A DNA stretch of 64,000 nt from Squalus acanthias. Lineage: Eukaryota. Below the pieces are notes generated by a model. That model was not told the DNA's origin, made no database searches, and saw only the letters and a program-made list of their open reading frames with translations. Numbering within the stretch: position 1 is the stretch's first letter; each line of letters starts with the position of its first letter. The stretch covers positions 94,862,001 to 94,926,000 of the forward strand of contig CM059432.1 in the NCBI GenBank assembly GCA_030390025.1, written 5' to 3'. A program made the position numbers and the translations under genes. Of this stretch, positions 19,465-31,309 are shown piece after piece.

Positions 19465-22400
19465 TTTTTATTTGTTCATGGGATGTGGCCATTGGTGGCA
19501 AGGCCAGCCTTTATTGCCCATCCATAATTGCTCTCGAGAACGTGGTGGTGAGCTGCCGCCTTGAACCACTGTAGTCCATGTGGTGAAGGTACTCCCACAG
19601 TGCTGTTAGGGAGGGAGTTCCAGGATTTTTGACCCAGCGCTGATGAAGAAATGGCGATATACTTCCAAGTCCGGATGGTGTGTGACTTGGAGGGGAACTT
19701 GGTGTTGATGGTGTTCCCATGCGTCTGATACCCTTGTCCTTCCAGGCGGTAGAGGTCGCAGGTTTGGGAGGTGCTGTTGAAGAAGCCTTGTTGAGTTGCT
19801 GCAGTGCATCTTAGATGCTGCCACGGTGTGCCGGTGTGGATGGGGTGCCAATCAAGCGGGCTGCGTTGTCCTGGATGGTGTCGAGCTTCTTGAATGATGT
19901 TGGAGCTGCACTCATCCAGGGCAATAGAGAGCATTCCATCACACTCCTGACTTGTGCCTTTTGTAGATGGTGGAAAGGCTTTGGGGAGTCAGGAGGTGAG
20001 ACACTCGCCGCAGAATACCCAGCCTCTGACCTGTTCTTGCAGCCATGGTATTTATGTGGCTGGTCCAGTTAAGTTTCTGGTCGATGTTGATGGTGGGGGA
20101 TTTGGCGATGGTAATACCATTGAATGCCAAGGGGCGGTGGTTGGACTCTCTCTTGTTGGAGATTGCCTGGCACTTGTGTGGTGTGAATTTTACTTGCCAC
20201 TTATCAGCCCAAGCCTGAATGTCATCCAGGTCTTGCTGCCTGCGGGCAGGGACTGCTTCATTATCTGAGGAGTTGCGACTGGAACTGAATCATCAGCGAA
20301 CATCCCCACTTCTGACCTTATGATAGAGGGGAGGTCATTGATGAAGCAGCTGAAGATGGTTGGGCCTAGGACACTGCCCTGAGGAACTCCTGCAGCACTG
20401 TCCTGGGGCTGAGATGATTGGCCTCCAACAACCACAACCATCTTCCTTTGTGCTTGGTATGACTACAGCCAGAGGAGAGTTTTCCCCCCGATTCCCATTG
20501 ACTTCAATTTTACTAGGGCTCCTTGATGCCACACTCCGTCAAATGCTGCCATGATGTCAAGGACAGTCACATCACCTCACCTTTGGAATTCAGTTCTTTT
20601 GTCCATGTTTGGATTAAGGCTGTAATGAGATCTGGAGCTGAGTGGTCCTGCCGGAACCCAAACTGGGCATTGGTGAGCAAGTTATTGGTAAGTGCCGCTT
20701 GATAGCACTGTCAACGACACCTTCTATCACTTTGCTGATGATTGAGAGTAGACTGGCAATTGGCTGGATTGGATTTGTCCTACTTTTTGTGGACAGGACA
20801 TACCTGAGCAATTTTCCACTGTCAGGTAGATGCCAGTGTTGTAGCTGTACTGGAACAGCCTGGCAAGAGGCGCGGCTAGTTCTGGTGCACAAGTCTTCAG
20901 CACTACAGCCGGGATGTTGTCGGGGCCCATAACCTTTGCTGTATCCATTGCGCTCAGTTGTTTCTTGATATCACGCGGAGTGAATCGAATTGGCTGAAGA
21001 CTGGCTTCTGTGATGGTGGTGACCTCAGGAGGAGACCGAGATGGATCATCCACTTGGCATTTCTGGTGAAGATGGATGCAAACGCTTCAGCCTTGTCTTT
21101 TGCACTTGTGTGCTGGGCTCTGCCATCATTGAGGATGGGGATGTTCATGGAGCCTTCTCTTCCCGTCGGTTGTTCAATTGTCCACTACCATTAACGACTG
21201 GATGTGGCTGGACTGCAGAGCTTTGATCTGATCGTTGGTTGTGGGATCGTTTAGCTCTGTCTATAGCATGCTGCTTCCCGTGTTTAGCATATTCTCATGT
21301 GTTGTAGCTTCCCCAGGTTGGCACTTCATTTTTAAGTACGCATTGTGCTGTTCCTGGCGTGCTCTTCTGCACTCCTCATTGAGCCAGGGTTGGTCCCCTG
21401 GCTTTATGGTAATTGTAGAGTGCTGGATATGCCTGGCCATGAGGTTACAGATTGTGGTGGAATATAATTCTGCTGCTGCTGATGGCCCACAGCACCTGAT
21501 GGATGCTCACTTTTGAGCTGCTGGATCTGTTCTGAATCTATCCCATTCAGCACGGTGGTAGTGCCACACAACACGAAGGAGAGTGTACTCCATGTGAAGA
21601 CGGGACTTCATCTCCATAAGGACTGTGCGGTGGTTACTGCTACCAATACTGTCATGCACAGTTGCATCTGCGACAGGTAAATTGGTGAGGACGAGGTCCA
21701 GTAGGTTTTTCCCTAGTTGGTTCTCTCCCCACCTGCCACAAGCCCAATCTGCCAGATGTGTCCTTCAGGACTCAGCCAGCTCGGTCAGTAGTGGTGCTAC
21801 CGAGTCACTTGGTGATGGATATTGAAGTCCCCCACCCAGAGTACGTTCTGTCCCCTTGCTACTCTCCATGCTTCTTCCAAGTGGTGTTCAACATGGAGGA
21901 GTACTGATTCATTAGCTGAGGGAGGGCGGTAGGTGGTAATCAGCAAGAGGTTTTCTTGCCCATGTTTGACCTGATGCCATGAGACTTCATGGGGTGCGGT
22001 GTCAATGTTGAGAACTCCCAAGGCCAGTTCCTCCTGACTGTATACCACTGTGCCACCACCGATGGGACAGGACATACCCAGGGATAGGGATGGAGGCGTC
22101 TGGGATGTTGGCTGAAAGGTATGATTCTGTGAGTATGACTGTCAGGTTGTTGCATTGACTGATACAAGTCCCCAAGTATTTGTGAGGAGGACTTTGCAGG
22201 GTCGATTGGGCTGGGTGTGCCTTTGTCGTGTCCGGTGCCTAGGTCGATGCCCGGTGGTCCGTACAGTTTTATTCTTCGTATACTTCTTTGTAGCGGTTTG
22301 GTACAACTGAGCGGCTTGCTCGGCCATTTCAGAGGGTAGTTAAGAGTCAACCACATTGCTGTGGGTCTGGAGTCACATATAGGCCAGACAGCAGATTTCC

Positions 22401-22585
22401 TTCCCTAAAGGACATTAGCGAACCAGATGGGTTTTTATGACAATTTTTTTAAATTCCAGGCTAATTTAATTAACTGAATTTAAATTCCACAGCTGCCGTG
22501 TTAGGATTTGAACTCATGTCTCCAGATCATTAGTCCAGGCCTCTTGATTACTAGTCCAGTAACATAACCACTATGCTACCATTCC
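19465..22585 (-). mobile_element. Near full-length decayed LINE of a second CR1-clade family (APE + RT) with tRNA-like 5' head
   Basis: Peptides LLITTYRPPS...VLWVGDFNIHH, KVMGPDNIPAVVLKTCAPELAAPL, AGVPQGSVLGPTIFSCFINDL...MFADD. A-rich 3' tail at ~19465. Confidence 0.85.
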
Positions 22586-25069
22586 AGTGAATACAAAAAG
22601 ACTTGCAAGGAAGTATAAAGATTAACACACAGTTTTTACAAGTTATATTGGAAGAAAAACGGGTAGTCAAGGGTAATGTGGACCCTTTAAAAACAGATGC
22701 AGGCAATATTGCAAATTAAAATAAGAAAATGGCAGACTTGTTGAATAATTACTTTGTGTCAGTCTTCACAGTAGAGGAAGAGGAAATTTTACCTGACATT
22801 ACATGGAAATTAATAATGAATCAAGGACTGGAACTCACTAAAGTTAACATAAGCAAGAAAACAGTATTAGAAAAAATAATAATCACTAAAGACTGACAAT
22901 CCCCAGGACCTGATGGTTTCCACTCTAGGGTTTTAAAGTAAGTAGGTGTGGAAATTACAGATGCTTTAGCCATAATCTTCCAAAGCGCACTCTATTCAGG
23001 ATCGGAAATTATAGACGCGTTAGTCTCGTGTTGGGAAGTTATTGAAATCTATAATTAAGGACAACGTGACTGAGCACTTAGTGAAATTTGAGCTGGTTAG
23101 AGTGAGCCAATATGGATTTGTAAAGGGTAGATCATGTCTAACAAACCTAACTGAATTTTTTGAGGAAGTAACTAAAGTAGTACACGGGGGAATGTCTATG
23201 GACGTAGTTTATAAGGACTTCCAGAAGTCATTCGATAAAGTTCCACATAAGAGACTGTTGGCTAAAATTAAATCCCATGGAATTGAAGGCAAATTATTGA
23301 CTTGGTTAGGTGGTAGAAGACAACAGAGTAGGGATAATGGGTACGTACTCAAATTGGATAGAAGTGGCTTGTGTCCACAAGGATCTTAGCTGGGAGCTCA
23401 ACTATTCACTATATTTATTCATGACTTCGATAACACAATAGAGAGTCATGTATCCAAGTTTGCCAATGACACACAGATTGGTGGCATAGTAAGTAGTGCG
23501 GATGGGAAGCATAAAATTACAAAGAGATACTGATAGATTAAGTGAGTGGGCAAAACTTGAGCCAACAAAGGATAGATTTGAGCATTTTAAAAATGGTGAA
23601 CAGCTAGGAACAGTGGAGGTCTATAGAGATTTAGGGGTCCATGTACACCTCACTAATATGTAGTGGTCAGGTACAAAAAATAATCAAAAAGGCGAGTGGA
23701 ATGTTGGCCTTTATTCCTAGAGGGCTAGAATATAAAGGAGGAGGAAGTTTTGCTACTCCGATACAAAGCTCGTGTTAGCCTACATCTGGACTACTGTGTA
23801 CAGTTCTGGGCACTGCACCTTAGAAAGGATATATTGGCGATGGCAGGGATGCAGCGGAGATTTACCGGAATGTTACCAGGGTTCCAAGGGTTAAATTGAG
23901 AGGAGATTACATACAGTAGGCTTGTATTCCCTGCAATATAGAAGGTTAAGTGGTGATTTGATTGAGGTTTTTAGGATTTTGAAAGGAATTGATAGGGTAG
24001 ATAGAGAGAAACTTTTCTGCTGGTGGGGAAGGGGACATAATGTTAAAATCAGAGCCAGGCCATTCAGGAGAGAAGTTAGGAAATACTGCTTCACACAAAG
24101 GGTGATAGAAGCGTGGCACACTCCCACATAAAGCAGTAGATGGTCGCTCAAATTAATTTAAAATCTGAGGTCAGTAGCTTTTTTTTGTAGCCAAGGGTAT
24201 TGAGGAATATGGAGCCAAGGTGGGTAAATGGAGTTAGGATACAGTTGATAACCATGATCTCATTGAATGACTGAACAGGCTTGAGGTGCTGAATGGTCTA
24301 GTCCTGTTCCTATGTGAGGAAACACTACACACGCAAGGTGCAAGAAAAGAAGCAGCAGCACTCGAATTGGCAGAAAGTGTCAGAATAAAAACAAAAAGGA
24401 AGACTTGTATTTACATAGCGCCTTCCATGACCTCTGGATGTCCCAAAGTGCTTTATTGGCCAAATTAATACTTTTAAAGTGTAGTCACTGTTATAATGTA
24501 GGAAGTTACTATGAGATCAGTGAATGGAGGTACATTTGATACATGCCATATATTTCTTTCGTAACCCAGCTTGATGGGGTGCCTCTTGATGGCAGAGTAC
24601 TTCATTTTTGGGAATTAAAAGTTAAGAGACCTATCCTGCCCTGTTAAATATGCCTCCTGCCAACAAATGTTGTGCTGCAGTACGACTTGAAAATGTTCAC
24701 AGTTCAGATTGTTCTTCCAGCTAAATGAGGGCAGATGTGCTCAAGAAGTAAATTATTTTCCCCCAGTTAAATCCGTCCTAGTAACATGATGAAAGTATAT
24801 TGAGGTTCAACAGTATTTGCGGGTTTCATTTAGGTTGTGTATTTGCAACACCAAAGATCAGATTGGTCCCTTTGATGACAAGACCAGACATCTGATTGGT
24901 CTTCTTGGAGGATAAGACATACCCAGTAGTTTGTCTGGAATGTGTAATTAGATCCTGCCTGTGTAATCAAGTAGTTTGCAATGTGTAATTTGAGCCATTC
25001 ATTCTGACTGCCAGGCTCCACACACAGCTCACAGTACTTCTTGAGAGCAGACAAGGCTCACCCTCGCAG

Positions 25070-25470
25070 GTTAGGACCTTCCCTACCCCCAAACAAGTTC
25101 CTGACGTGCCTCCTCCCCCCCCCCCCCCCCCCCACCAACAAGATCCTGACCACCTCCCCCCCACCCCCCCACCCCTTGAATTCCTGACACCTCTCGCACT
25201 CTCTCTCACCCCAAGTTCCTGACCTCCTCACCGCCCCCGGGTCCCCAAAGGTTTCTGACCTCCACCCTCTCCTCCCGCCACCCCATAACAAATTCCTTAC
25301 CTTTCTCCCTCCCTCTTTCCCTCCCCCCCCCGGAGTTCCTGACCGTCTCCCCCTGCCTGTTCCTGACCACCTCCACCATCCACCCACAAGTGCCCGACCT
25401 CTCTCTTCGCCCCCCCCCCCCCACCCAACAAGTTCCTGATCTTCTCTTCCCCCCCCCCCCCCCCCCCAAA
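25070..25470. repeat. Degenerate C-rich minisatellite with recurring AGTTCCTGAC core
   Basis: About ten 30-45 bp units of C runs plus ttcctgac; further C-rich units at 25735-25920 and 26348-26470. Confidence 0.7.
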
Positions 25471-25929
25471 AAAAAATGGATGGGGCTGGATGGATTATTA
25501 ATAGGCTTATTGGATATGAAATGAATAGTGACATGATTTCTGGATTTCGTTCAGTCCAATGATGTCACTTGCCGCACATGTGCCGGGCTTTCCAAGAAAT
25601 CAACCAGGTCTATGGGGAGGAGAGGGAGAATGTGGTGCGGATGGGAAGGGGTGGGGTGGAGTTGGAAGAGTGTGAATCACATAAAGGAGGAGAACGTGAT
25701 CAGTCTTCCCATCTGGATCACGTTCTCGCTCTCAACCTCCCCCTCTCTCCCCCCCCCCCCCCCCCCCCATTAGACCTGAATCAAGTTCTTCCCCCATCCC
25801 CAATGTGCTCTCTGCTCTTTTCCCCCCACCACCGAATTTCTGACTTTCTCTCCCCACTTCGAGCCCCTCTCCTCTCTTTCCCCCCCCCCCCCCCCCCCCC
25901 CGATCCCCCCTCTCTCCTTCCGTGAGGAA

Positions 25930-26348
25930 ACACGGTGGCATAGTGGTTAGCACTGGTGCCTCACAGCGCCAGGGACCCGGGTTCGAATCTGACCTCGGGT
26001 GACTGTCTGTGTGGAGTTTGCACATTCTCCCTGTGTCTGCGTGGGTTTCCTCCGGGTGCTCCGGTTTCCTCCCACAGTCCAAAAATGTGCGGGTTAGGTT
26101 GATTTGGCTATGATAAATTGACCCTTAGTGTTAGGGGGGGATTAAATATGTGGGGTTATGAGGATAGGATGGGATATGTTAGGGGGAATTAAATACGTGG
26201 GGTTACGGGGGTCGGGTGGGATATGTGTACTGTGGGGATTAAAGTAGGGACAGGGTACTGGATTTGGATGATCAGCCATGATCGTATTGAATGGTGGAGC
26301 AGGCTCGACGGGCCGAATGGCCTACTCCTGCTCCTAGATTCTATGTTT
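25930..26348 (+). mobile_element. HE1/V-SINE-type tRNA SINE with CR1-derived tail
   Basis: A box ggtggcatagtggttagc, B box ggttcgaatc, V-domain gtctgtgtggagtttgcacattctccc...gggtttcctccgggtgctccggtttcctcccaca, and 3' tail gatcagccatgatc...ggccgaatggcctactcctgctccta shared with the CR1 3' ends in this window. Confidence 0.85.
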
Positions 26349-27320
26349 CCTCCCCCCTTTCGATTACCCCCTCTCCTCCCTCCCCCTTTCGATCTCCCCC
26401 TCTCTCTTCCCCCCCCCCCTTTTGATCCTCTCCTCTCTTATTCTCTCTCTTCTCCCCCCCAACCACCAACTGATCGATTGACCTTCTCTGCATGGAGCTG
26501 AGGAAAGCGTGGTAGTGCAGGCTGCAGCTGCTGCACCATTTGGTATTGCGCATGCACGACCGGATAAAGTGCACATGCGCAGCACAAAACGGGCACGCAT
26601 GCATGGAGAGAGTCAAATTGTGTCGCAAATAATCACTGTTTAATTTATATATTTTTTTGATGATCTGAATCATTGGTTACATTTCAGCCATGCTTTGCAC
26701 TACCACTCATTAAAAACATCATTTAGCATAAGAACATAAAAACATAAATAGGAGCAGGAGTAGGCCATTTGGCCCTTTGAGCCTGCTCCGCCATTCAGTA
26801 AGATCATGGCTGATCTTCTACCTCATCTCCACTTTCATGCTCTATCCCCGTATCCCTTGATTCCCTTAATATTCAAAAATCTATCGATCTCTATCTTGAA
26901 TATACTCAAGAAGAGGCCATTTGGCCATTCTTTCCTGTGCTGAATTCATACCCTTTACATGGTTTGATTTTATGCAATCCTGTTTTCCTGCTTTCTCTAA
27001 ATACCATTTTATATTTCATTATCTCATACCTGTTTGAATACTGTGCTCAATTGAGTATTGATCATTACTCGTTGGAAAACATTCCATATCCCAATAACTA
27101 TGTGAAAAAGTTTCTTCTGGTCTTCCCCTTCTTATCTGTTTTGTGCTTTTCTTAAGATCATGGCCTTTTATTTTTGTCTCAACTATCAGTGGAAAATATC
27201 TATCTTTATCTTGTCTGCTCCTTTATACCATTTAAAACACCGTATCAAATTCCCTCGAATCTGCAGTTGATAAAATATGCCCTTATTTGTCTTTCCTCAA
27301 TTCAAGGCTCCTCAACCTTG

Positions 27321-28164
27321 GGGCAGAATTTTCACCAGCCCATGGAGGCGGGTTTGGAGGCGTGTGGGGTGGGAAAATAGCAGATTCGGGGGTCCCGAAC
27401 CCACCCCGCCCCCAACCCGCCTCCATGCCAGTTTCGCTGGAGGCGGGTACCCGACCTGTGCTGGGAGCCACCTCCCCGAGGCGGGAAGGGGATTAGTGAC
27501 AATTAACTGCCTGTTAACAGGTTGTTAACAGGCAGTTTGTTGCCTAATCCCTATTTTTAGCCCTGAAGTGTGGGCTACCCGACTGCTCCAAACCACACCG
27601 TTTTAGTGAAACGGACCGTGGGTCTGCAGGGGTTGGAGGGGTCGATATGTCCGGTGGGCAGGTGAGTGATGGGTGCATGTGTGCAGAGGTAAGTGTGTAA
27701 GGTAAGTGTAAAGTGTGGAAAAAAGTTTTACTTACCTTAACTTCCTCCTGCAGGTGTCAGCCCTTCAGGTCTCAGGAGTCAGAAATCTCACCGGCACAGG
27801 AAAGCAGAATGGCCGCTGAGTTGTCAAAAGCTGCAGTTCTGCTTTCTGTGCTGGATTGATTTCTAACTGAGTCTAAGTACAGGGACTCACGTTAGAAATC
27901 ATATTGTCAGTGTTTGACAGCTTCACAGAGCTGTCAAACGCTGAAATTTCATCTGTCAAAAGCTCTTGACAGATGAAATTTCAATGGCTGACGTCACCTG
28001 TATCCAAGGGACCCTTGATTGGCTTGCTAAGCCCGCTGGGTGGGCTTAACCAGGTCAATCAAGGGAAAATACAGTGGGTTGGCCACAAGTCGATGGAGGC
28101 GGGACTACAACCCAAAAAGTGGGAGTCCCACCTCCATCACGTCCCCATTGACAAAATCCAGCCC
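27321..28164. mobile_element. Harbinger-type MITE
   Basis: TIRs GGGCAGAATTTT / AAAATCCAGCCC, flanked by ttg and tta; internal palindromes. Confidence 0.65.
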
Positions 28165-29395
28165 TTAGTATTTTCCTGGAAAGTCTGAGTTGTCCCTTTT
28201 TCCAGGACTGTTACAACCCCCTTATCTTGAGAAACTCAAAATTACGCAGTATTCCAGATGTGACCCAACGATCATTTTTATACAGAATCATCATGACCTC
28301 TTTGCTTTTGTATTTAACCCATCTACTCTACTCACTTCAAGATTTTAATTTATCTGCACACCTGGGAGCTGTGTCTAGTGTAATGGTTCCATTCCAATCA
28401 GACTGTTTATCCATGGAACTATAACCTTGGATGGAGATTTTTTTTCTCATTTGGATTGTTCCTGGAAGGTGCTCTACAATCTCACTCTTGCTTCCCACTG
28501 TTGCTCCACTGTTAACTCTTTTCTCCAATTTATTTAGGTTAAGTCATCTTTCATTCTTCTGTAGTTTGCTCTTATCTAATCAATCAACTATTTTCCCTTT
28601 TCTGTTTTCCTTTCTCTATTTTAACATTTAAGCTAATAATATTATGATTGCTTGGCCCTAATTTTTCTTCACACTTAATGTTGCTGACATGTTACAGTTC
28701 ATTACCCAGAACCTAGTCAAGTATTACATTCTTTCTGTTGAGTATTGATTCAGAAAAGATTCTTGAATGTATTCTATAAATCCCTCTCATTTTAAGTCCC
28801 TGCCAGATGTGTTCCCTCATCTATCTTGTGGAGATGGTAATGGGGGACTTTAATTACCCAATTATTTCTACACACCGTACTGAACTTTCTGCAGATTTTA
28901 TTCAATTTCTTTCAAACAATTTGACAGTTTTTTAAGGGACATTCAGTGTTGTTGCATGCTCTTTTTCCATCCTTGCCTCAACCCATAAAGATTATTTGTT
29001 TTGTTTTTGAAATTGTATTTGATCTGTTTATGTGCCTGCATTAGTTGTTTCTGTTTGTATGACTGCATTGGTTGTGCTGAATTAATTGGAGTGTGTGGAA
29101 GAAATCAAGATGCATGTTTTTAGTGTTTCACATAACTTCCATTGATTATATTTGAATTTGTTCAGAAAAATCTTGAGTAAATTTTCATTTTGGTCATAGT
29201 GTAGTGGGAATTACTAGGTGGCTTCTGTTGCAAATGTTGAAAGATCACAGAAGAGATGAAAGCCATTAAGGATAAAATGTGCAATGGTCGAAGCAGGTAA
29301 AGTACCATGTGCCAGTGTTACAAGGCTATTTTTTTTTGCAGTATAGTACATGGCTTCTTTGCCATGCTTAAGTTATTGTTTTTTTTTCATTAAAG

Positions 29396-29593
29396 GATAA
29401 AGATGGGGACCGAGCTGTTCACCATGCATCGTTTGGGGATGAAGGAGCTGTTATTGATGTTTTACACCGAGGAGGAGCAGATCTAAATGCTCGGAATAAG
29501 CGAAGGCAGACTCCATTGCACATTGCTGTAAACAAAGGTCATTTGCAAGTTGTTAAGACTTTGCTAGATCTTGGATGCCATCCCAGTCTCCAG
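29396..29593 (+). CDS. MIB1: MIB1 coding exon (probably human exon 11 equivalent), 198 nt; not listed in the ORF track
   Basis: Poly-T tract plus taaag acceptor, donor CAG|gtaag. Translates [66 protein letters not shown], continuing the MIB1 ankyrin region. Confidence 0.97.
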
Positions 29594-30700
29594 GTAAGAA
29601 ATGGATTATATAACCTAGATATTCAAATTGAAGTGTGAAAGATTAGAGTTACTAAATTACCATTTTTGTACACCTCTTGGCATTTATTGTTAAGCTAATC
29701 AAATTCAATTTTTGATAGTTCAAAAACTTGTTAATTTTTAATAGAACTGCAAATAAAATTTATTTTAGGTAGTATTTTTTTGAACAGTGCTAAATATCTC
29801 TCAGTTCATGGCAGCTGGTTTAACAACAACATAAAAGGAAGGTTTAGTGGTATGTGATCCAAGGATAATGTCTGCAGGGAAAGAGGAAGGAAACTAAAGA
29901 ATAAAGGACATTTCATAGAAACATTTTTTTAATCCTTATGTAGGCACTTTGATTTATCCCATCGTTTTATACAGGAACAATTGCAGATATCTTAAGTTAG
30001 AACATAAGAAATAGGAGTAGGCCATTTGGCCCCTCGAGCCTGCTCCGCCATTTAATGAGATCATGGCTGATCTGATCTTGGGCTCAGCTCCATTTCCCTG
30101 CCCGCTCCCCATAACCCTTTACTTACTTTATTGTTCAAAAATCTGTCTATCTCCACCTTAAATATATTCACCATCTTTTACAATTTACAAGTACATCAGC
30201 AATAATTAACAGTATATTTTTATTTTCCATTGCTCCATTTTTCACTTCAACATAAATGAAAAATGTTGTAGAAAATCTCAGCCAGTTTTGGAAGCTTTCT
30301 TTTTTTAAAACAAACCTTCGAATTAATGAGTCTACTTTTGAGCACTGCATGCTCCTCATAATGTTCTCAAAGAAATGTTCTATGATTTGCTAATTCTAAA
30401 TTAATTATTTATTCATAGTTGACTGTTATGATTAATGTAATTTAGAATTAGCAAATTATAGAACATCTTTATGTTCAGGCTTTTATTCAAGTAGTATTTT
30501 TTGAAAGTAATTACTTAATACATTTTTGTTAAATCTATGTTTCGATCTGATGACTAGAGTATAACTCGGTCTAAATTACTATAACTCGACAAAGTATTCG
30601 TTGAAGGAATTTAAATCTTTATAGAGAATGAGGCTTATTTTAATAATTTTCTATAAGCATGTAGCTGCTAAGTCACCAGAACACCTGTACCACCCTCTAA

Positions 30701-30895
<195 letters not shown>

Positions 30896-31309
30896 TGATT
30901 ATTGGTAATTGTGGATATTCTATGCGTATCATAATTGGTGATCATGACTTTTTATGACCTGAGAATTTTAATTCTATCATGGTTATTTGTGCTGTGGTGA
31001 TTCAGTAAAGTTTTAAAATCTATAAGGATTATAGATATTTTTGTTGAATTCCATTATATTCAGCAACATACAGTGAAATTCTTTGATATATCTGGTTGAA
31101 CAAACTTATTGCATATAACTAGAATTGCATCTGTCTTTCAGCAATACCTTTCAACTTCTCCATAACAATTTGCATATATTTGAATCTTGCTTTGAATTTG
31201 TCAGGATTGAATATAAGGATTACACTGTTTGTCAAAAATTTTGCAAAGCATCAGGGTCAACTGGCTAAGTTGGTAGCACTTGTTGTGGGTTCAAATCCTG
31301 CTCTATGAC

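Larger units (their letters stand above)
15380..24315 (+). mobile_element. Old fragmented CR1 LINE split by nested insertions (pieces ~15380-15730, 16649-17452, 19272-19460, 22590-24315)
   Basis: Endonuclease peptide KVFRKDRETGRAGGVALLIKD...VFMGDFY...ILDLVMTNE...SNSDHN; RT peptide QYGFVKGRSCLTNLTEFFEEVT...DFQKSFDKVPHKRLL; CR1 3' UTR at ~24240-24315; many stops and frameshifts. Confidence 0.8.

Noticed and set aside
25070..25470. CRISPR-like repeat/spacer pattern
   Set aside because: Vertebrate DNA; the units are degenerate low-complexity C runs with no unique spacers and no cas genes.
25930..26000. tRNA gene
   Set aside because: The A/B boxes run directly into a V-SINE core and CR1 tail, so this is a SINE head.
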